Shown: piece by piece, positions 34,989 through 39,357 of the stretch
How positions within the stretch are numbered: the stretch's first letter is position 1
How the letters are laid out: every line of letters starts with the position of its first letter
Assembly (NCBI GenBank): GCA_038319595.1
Contig: JBBQDJ010000001.1
Span: 1-39,357 of the forward strand
Direction of reading: 5' to 3'
DNA length: 39,357 nt
Origin: Verrucomicrobiales bacterium
GTDB lineage: Bacteria > Verrucomicrobiota > Verrucomicrobiia > Verrucomicrobiales > Akkermansiaceae
Translations under genes and position numbers: made by a program
Notes under the pieces: model-generated
Told to the model about the DNA's origin: nothing
Databases searched by the model: none
What the model saw: the letters and a program-made list of their open reading frames with translations, nothing else

Positions 34989-35750
34989 TCACTTCGGCCA
35001 TTTCACGTCTGGGGCTTTGCCGTTCCAGAAGGGCTGGCGGGGATCGAGGAGGTCCATGCCGTTGTAGATGATTTTCCCGGACGAGTCGATTGGCAGACTC
35101 GTCACCGAGTTGTCCAGTTTCAGAATGATCGCCTTCCCGTCATTTGAAAGAGTGTCGAGGGTTTTGGTTCCAGGCATGACGGGACCGAAAATGAGCGGAG
35201 TACTGAGATTGGCCGAGGCATCCACCCCGGAAATGTAAGCATAAGCGCACTCGCCGTGAACAATCGCGCTGGCGTCGGTATCCATGATCCCGTCGGGTTT
35301 TACTGTGCTTTTGGCCTTGGTGTAAAAAATAGCCTCAGTTTGGCAAATCCCGGAGGCGATCAGTTGGGCGAAAAAATCATTGGATGAATTTCCTGCAAGA
35401 GTCAGCGGGGTGACGCATTTCCGCTTCACTTCAGAGATGGTGGAGGTCTCAGGAAATTTGCCGTATTCGGTCTGAAACTCAAAGAGCGCCATGCCGATCT
35501 GCCGGGCGTTGTTTATCGCTTCAGTTTGGTCACATCCGGTAATTCTTTTTCGAGTGAGGACGGGCAGCGCAAACAGAATAACTACCGAGAGCATTGAACA
35601 AAGGCCGCCCCCGATCAGCCATTTCATTTTCCTCCTCGATTGCAGCGCCGCCTCGCTCGCCGGGGGCGCGAGGACATCCGGCGGTGGCTGCGGCAAAAGT
35701 TGATCCGGCATTCCGCTAACATCTTCCACCGATGCCCCCGCATCAAGCAT
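34989..35750 (-). CDS. Membrane-anchored pilin/type II secretion pseudopilin-like protein, paralogue B
   Basis: Single TM, then DQTEAINNARQIGMALFEFQTEYGKFP; colinear with paralogue A (SND.F.QL.AS, KPD, HGE, ISG, FGPV.PGTKT.D, DGKA.IL, WNGKAPDVKWPK). Confidence 0.72.
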   Translation of the reverse strand: MLDAGASVEDVSGMPDQLLPQPPPDVLAPPASEAALQSRRKMKWLIGGGLCSMLSVVILFALPVLTRKRITGCDQTEAINNARQIGMALFEFQTEYGKFPETSTISEVKRKCVTPLTLAGNSSNDFFAQLIASGICQTEAIFYTKAKSTVKPDGIMDTDASAIVHGECAYAYISGVDASANLSTPLIFGPVMPGTKTLDTLSNDGKAIILKLDNSVTSLPIDSSGKIIYNGMDLLDPRQPFWNGKAPDVKWPK

Positions 35751-35764
35751 TCAATCGCCGCTAG

Positions 35765-35792
35765 GCCTTGGACTGCACGCAGTCCATGGACC
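35765..35792. repeat. Short hairpin directly after the lpxK stop; collapsed TTGGACTGC-family REP-like remnant
   Basis: CCTTGGACTGC-AC-GCAGTCCATGG. Confidence 0.5.
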
Positions 35793-37004
35793 TCACGGCC
35801 GATACGCATCCCGGTTCCGCAGCACGGACTGAAACGCCGGCGGCGGGTGGCAGATCCGCTCGATCAGGCCGTCCCAAATTTCCTGACCTTTAAGAATTTC
35901 CACCTCGATCCGCAGGAAAACCACCGGCACGTCGATGGATCCCGGCTTCGGGAAACGCACAGCATCCTTTTCCGTCGTCACGATCAACTGCATATCCCGC
36001 TCCACGCAGCGCTGCATGAACTGCTCCACCTCTTTGCGCGAAAACCGATAGTGATCGGAAAAACGCCGCCGGATCTCCACCCGCGCACCGAGTTTTTCTA
36101 ACGCCTCTTCGAACGCCTCAGGCACCGCGATCGCACTGATGGCCCCGACCCATTTGTCCTGAAGGAAATCCAGCGGATGGCGTTCCCGGGTGAAGACGTC
36201 TTCCAGATAGATCGGACCGTGGGTGCACTCGATGATTTCCGCGGTTCTGTTATATTTTCGGATGCGGGAAATCAGCGCGTCGTTCGAACTGCCGTCGCAC
36301 TTGGTGATGAGAATGTAGCTCGCGCGGCGAAGGTTTTTCGGTGGCTCGCGCAAGGTGCCTCGAGGCAAAAGCGCCTCCGTCCCGAACGGCGATCCGGAAT
36401 CGATCAGCACGATATCCATCGAATGCGCGAGATCGAGATACTGCATCCCGTCGTCGAGCAGCAGCGTGTCCGCACCAAGCTGGCCGACCGCGAAAAGCCC
36501 GCCTTTCACGCGGTTTTTGTCCACCACCACCGACACGCCGTCGAGGTTCTTCGCCAGCATGAACGGCTCGTCGCCGGCGTATTTCGAGTCGAGCAGAAGC
36601 GCACTACCGGTCGATACCACCTTCGGCATTTTATCGCCGGAAATCGCCCGGCCTCGGGTGTCCTGCCATTTCTGCGGGCGGTCGAGTTTCTTGCTTTTGT
36701 AGCCGCGAGAAAGGATCGCCACGCTGCGACCGCGATCGCGGAGGGATTTCGCCAGCAATTCAACCACCGGCGTCTTACCGGTGCCGCCCACCGTGATGTT
36801 ACCGATGGCCACCACCTGCGTCCCAAGGTGCGCCTGCGGTCTCCAGCCCTTGCGGTAGCGCCGCAGCCGGACCTGCACGATGATCCGGAAAATCCCGGAA
36901 AACACCCGCATCGCGAAGCGCATCAGCGTCGCCCGGAAGCCCTTGGCACGACCGAAAATCACATCCGCTCCCCAGCGTTCGAGTTCTTCGATTTGATCCT
37001 TCAT
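35793..37004 (-). CDS. lpxK: Tetraacyldisaccharide 4'-kinase
   Basis: [56 protein letters not shown]; ATG 37004 preferred. Confidence 0.94.
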   Translation of the reverse strand: MKDQIEELERWGADVIFGRAKGFRATLMRFAMRVFSGIFRIIVQVRLRRYRKGWRPQAHLGTQVVAIGNITVGGTGKTPVVELLAKSLRDRGRSVAILSRGYKSKKLDRPQKWQDTRGRAISGDKMPKVVSTGSALLLDSKYAGDEPFMLAKNLDGVSVVVDKNRVKGGLFAVGQLGADTLLLDDGMQYLDLAHSMDIVLIDSGSPFGTEALLPRGTLREPPKNLRRASYILITKCDGSSNDALISRIRKYNRTAEIIECTHGPIYLEDVFTRERHPLDFLQDKWVGAISAIAVPEAFEEALEKLGARVEIRRRFSDHYRFSRKEVEQFMQRCVERDMQLIVTTEKDAVRFPKPGSIDVPVVFLRIEVEILKGQEIWDGLIERICHPPPAFQSVLRNRDAYRP

Positions 37005-37048
37005 GGCCTGCAAGGACCATGTCCCGGCGCGTCACCGCCGGGCAAGCG

Positions 37049-37161
37049 CCAAAGGAGGGTGGCACTTCGGCCCACCCAGCGGAAACATGCGAAAGAAGCA
37101 ACTTCGCGTGATCCTTTTGCACCGCATTGGCTTCGTGGCCCGAAGTGCCACGCTCCTTTGG
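37049..37161. repeat. REPIN/MITE-like element (AAGGAG family), copy 2
   Basis: CCAAAGGAG...CTCCTTTGG termini; arms match 25/28 as inverted repeats; middle hairpin CATGCGAA/TTCGCGTG; begins at the base after the Zn-peptidase stop. Confidence 0.8.
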
Positions 37162-37908
37162 TCAGTCCCTCCGTCCCAGCGCCTGCATCAGGAAATACAG
37201 GAACTGCGCGATGGAACCAACAGCGGCGGCGACGTAGGTCATCGCGGCCCAGAAGAGGGCGTTTTTCGCACGTTCGTGCTCGATGCTGGAGGCGATGCCG
37301 CTGGACTCCATCCAGACGAGCGCCCGCTTGCTGGCGTCGAACTCGACGGGCAGAGTGATGATGGAGAACAAGGTCGTGATGCCGAAGAGGACGACCCACG
37401 CCCACAGCATGTAGGAGTTATGGAACAATCCCATTCCCAGAATACTTGCCCACATCAGGTAGTTGAGCAGTTTGCTGGAGAACTGGACGGCGGGTACCAT
37501 TTTTGAGCGCATACCAAGCCAAACATAGGCCTGTTGATGCTGGACCGCGTGGCCGCACTCATGCGCGGCGACGGCAGCGGCGGCGACCGAGTTCATGTGA
37601 TAGACCGACTCGCTAAGGTTGACCGTTTTTTTGATCGGGTCGTAGTGATCGGTGAGTTGGCCCGGGGTACTCAAGACCTTCACGTCGGTGATGCCGTTGT
37701 CGCGCAGCATTTTTTCTGCGATCTCCGCACCCGTCATGCGGATGGGGATCTGCGAATACTCGGCGAACCGGCGCTTGAGGGTCCCGCTGATGAGGAAGCT
37801 CGCCAGCATGGAAACGCCGATGATCAGGATGTAGGTCATCGAGAAGCCACCCATCGCGCTTCCTTGGCCCTGGCCGATTTGTGCAAGAGAGAAGAGTTCA
37901 GTAATCAT
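37162..37908 (-). CDS. Membrane zinc metallopeptidase (YugP / Zn_peptidase_2 family)
   Basis: MTGAEIA..ML, G.LTDHYDP, LS..VY, AVAAHECGHAVQH, TLPVEFDASKRAL, AAMTYVA. Confidence 0.92.
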   Translation of the reverse strand: MITELFSLAQIGQGQGSAMGGFSMTYILIIGVSMLASFLISGTLKRRFAEYSQIPIRMTGAEIAEKMLRDNGITDVKVLSTPGQLTDHYDPIKKTVNLSESVYHMNSVAAAAVAAHECGHAVQHQQAYVWLGMRSKMVPAVQFSSKLLNYLMWASILGMGLFHNSYMLWAWVVLFGITTLFSIITLPVEFDASKRALVWMESSGIASSIEHERAKNALFWAAMTYVAAAVGSIAQFLYFLMQALGRRD

Positions 37909-37914
37909 GCGCGC

Positions 37915-37942
37915 AGAATACGTTCCATCGCATGGGTCGCAA
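37915..37942 (-). promoter_or_regulatory. Putative promoter of the Zn peptidase gene, leaderless geometry
   Basis: Minus strand TTGCGA, 16 nt, TATTCT, 6 nt before ATG 37908. Confidence 0.45.
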
Positions 37943-37983
37943 CAGAAAAGCCGTTGGAAAATGAAGGGGATTTTCCAATAGAA

Positions 37984-38052
37984 GAATGTGTCCCGGCTGT
38001 CTCAGCCGGTTCTTCATGCACGGCACCCGGCTGAGACAGCCGGGACACATTC
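37984..38052. repeat. Perfect 26-bp inverted repeat of self-palindromic arms (REPIN-like)
   Basis: GAATGTGTCCCGGCTGTCTCAGCCGG (37984-38009), 17-nt spacer, exact reverse complement (38027-38052); each arm contains CCGGCTG-N3-CAGCCGG. Confidence 0.9.
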
Positions 38053-38055
38053 ATG

Positions 38056-39357
38056 CTACAACGACTTCACCCGCAGGGTGAACGAGTGGACGACGCCGGT
38101 CGCCGGATCCGTGGCGGTGACGATGTGCGTGCCAGGCGTGAGATGGATGATCGGCTCGGGCGCGCCGGGCTCGATGCGCAAGGTGTCGGATTGCCACTGG
38201 GCGGTGCCCGGGAGATTGGTGACCGGCCGCAACTTGTCGGAGCCGGATGGAATCTCTGGATCTAGCAGAAACGTCGCGTCAGCGGCGGGAGTGATGATTC
38301 GCAACGGCTCCCGAGCGGGGGCGGCGGCATCGAGGGCGAGTTCGTGGTGGCGGAGATTATAGCGACTGCCGAACCATCCGGCGTAGGTGGGATCGAGCAG
38401 GGCCTTACCGTTAGAATCGTAGTCGTTCGCGGTGGCGAGAAGCGGCAGTTGGTCCTGCGGAGCGAGGTCCTTGCGGGCGGATTTCGCGTCGGCGGGGACC
38501 AGTTTTCCGTTGCGTGGATCGATGGTGATCTCGGCGATTCCGTTAGGCCGCTCGAACCAAGTCGGCGGGGTGTCCTTGTGGAGTCGGAGCATGGCGCGGT
38601 GAAAGATCGGCCCGGCCCCGGCAATGCCGGAAATGCCCTTCATTGGCTGTTGCTCGAAGTTTCCCGCCCACACACCGACGGTGAAGCGTGGGGTGTAGCC
38701 GATGCACCAATTGTCGTGGAAATCGGAGGAGGTCCCGGTTTTTACCGCGCACTTGAACGGAAAATCGAGCGGGCCGCCCGGCTGGAACGAGGGCGCGCGG
38801 GCAAAAGAATCGGATAGAATATCAGCGATGAGCCAAGCATGACGGGCATCGAACAAGGTTCGGCGTTCGGAGGGCTGATCCGGGAAAAGCACGGGCGGGA
38901 AATAAAGCCCCAAGCGGGCGAGAGTGGCGTAGGCGTTGGTGAGTTCCAATAATCTAACCGGAGCGTTACCGAGGGTGAGGCCGAGACCGTAGAGATTCGG
39001 ATCGGTGCCGAGGGTGGTGATACCGAGGTTTTCCAACAGCTCGAAAAGCGGCTTCGGCCCGCCGAGGACATTGAGTTCGCGCAACGCCGGGACATTGAGC
39101 GAACAGGCCAACGCGGTGCGCAGCGTGACGGGGCCGCGGTAGCCACGGTCGTAATTTTCCGGCAGGTCAAGTCCCTGCGGCGTGCGGAACGGACTCGGGA
39201 TATCGGCAAGAATGGATGAAGGAATGCGATGGTTCCGCTCCATCGCTAACAGATACATGAACGGCTTGAGGGTGGAGCCGGGCGAGCGCGGCAGGAGCGC
39301 ACCGTTGATCTGGCCACCATGCGGATCATTCCAATCCGCAGAGGAAACCAGGGCGAG
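38056..39357 (-). CDS. pbpC: Penicillin-binding protein 1C, 5' end outside the window
   Basis: Frame is open to the window edge: GQINGA..RSPGSTLKPFMY (SxxK), ALACSLNVPA (SxN), GLGLTLG, AVKTGTS (KTG), VGVWAGNF, plus a PBP1C-like C-terminal beta domain. Confidence 0.87.
   Translation of the reverse strand, partial: LALVSSADWNDPHGGQINGALLPRSPGSTLKPFMYLLAMERNHRIPSSILADIPSPFRTPQGLDLPENYDRGYRGPVTLRTALACSLNVPALRELNVLGGPKPLFELLENLGITTLGTDPNLYGLGLTLGNAPVRLLELTNAYATLARLGLYFPPVLFPDQPSERRTLFDARHAWLIADILSDSFARAPSFQPGGPLDFPFKCAVKTGTSSDFHDNWCIGYTPRFTVGVWAGNFEQQPMKGISGIAGAGPIFHRAMLRLHKDTPPTWFERPNGIAEITIDPRNGKLVPADAKSARKDLAPQDQLPLLATANDYDSNGKALLDPTYAGWFGSRYNLRHHELALDAAAPAREPLRIITPAADATFLLDPEIPSGSDKLRPVTNLPGTAQWQSDTLRIEPGAPEPIIHLTPGTHIVTATDPATGVVHSFTLRVKSL

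Noticed and set aside
34253-35750. Paralogue pair as a diversity-generating retroelement TR/VR
   Set aside because: No reverse transcriptase; the shared stretch is only 40 nt with a single mismatch, and differences elsewhere are not adenine-specific

Overview
A 39.4-kb window from a high-GC bacterium, almost certainly Verrucomicrobiota (Luteolibacter/Verrucomicrobiaceae-like). It carries the PVC-superphylum small basic signature protein (missed by the ORF track) and verrucomicrobial-type pilin-like and secreted proteins. The core (about 6.5-21.2 kb) is an ABC-transporter-dependent (Kps-type) capsule locus: GT4, a Wza/CtrA-type export lipoprotein, a DUF1353 lipoprotein, kpsM-kpsT-kpsE, four tandem PAPS-type sulfotransferases, then a convergent GT14, two GT2-type enzymes and kpsS. 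It has no kpsC and no PAPS-synthesis genes. This predicts a multiply sulfated, possibly branched, lipid-anchored capsule and is the strongest candidate for an undescribed system. Flanking genes are an RRM protein, a secreted TIM-barrel protein, a Calx-beta protein, an AddA-like helicase-nuclease without adjacent addB, fabH, a 1085-aa Pmp-like beta-helix/Ig surface protein, SprT, a spermidine-synthase-like methyltransferase, fabF, a thioesterase, rsmI, acs, an RluB-like pseudouridine synthase, two pilin-like paralogues, lpxK, a Zn peptidase and a partial pbpC. Three non-coding signals stand out. (1) About five families of REP/REPIN/MITE-like hairpin elements sit mostly right after stop codons, one bracketed by a perfect 32-bp duplication of a gene 3' end. 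(2) Two otherwise diverged paralogues share a 39/40-nt identical 3' tail. (3) The pentamer CTAAC/GTTAG is in marked excess, built from rare synonymous codons and densest inside addA. No rRNA, tRNA, CRISPR array, transposase or integrase was seen. All family calls come from motif recognition by eye; no database searches were run.
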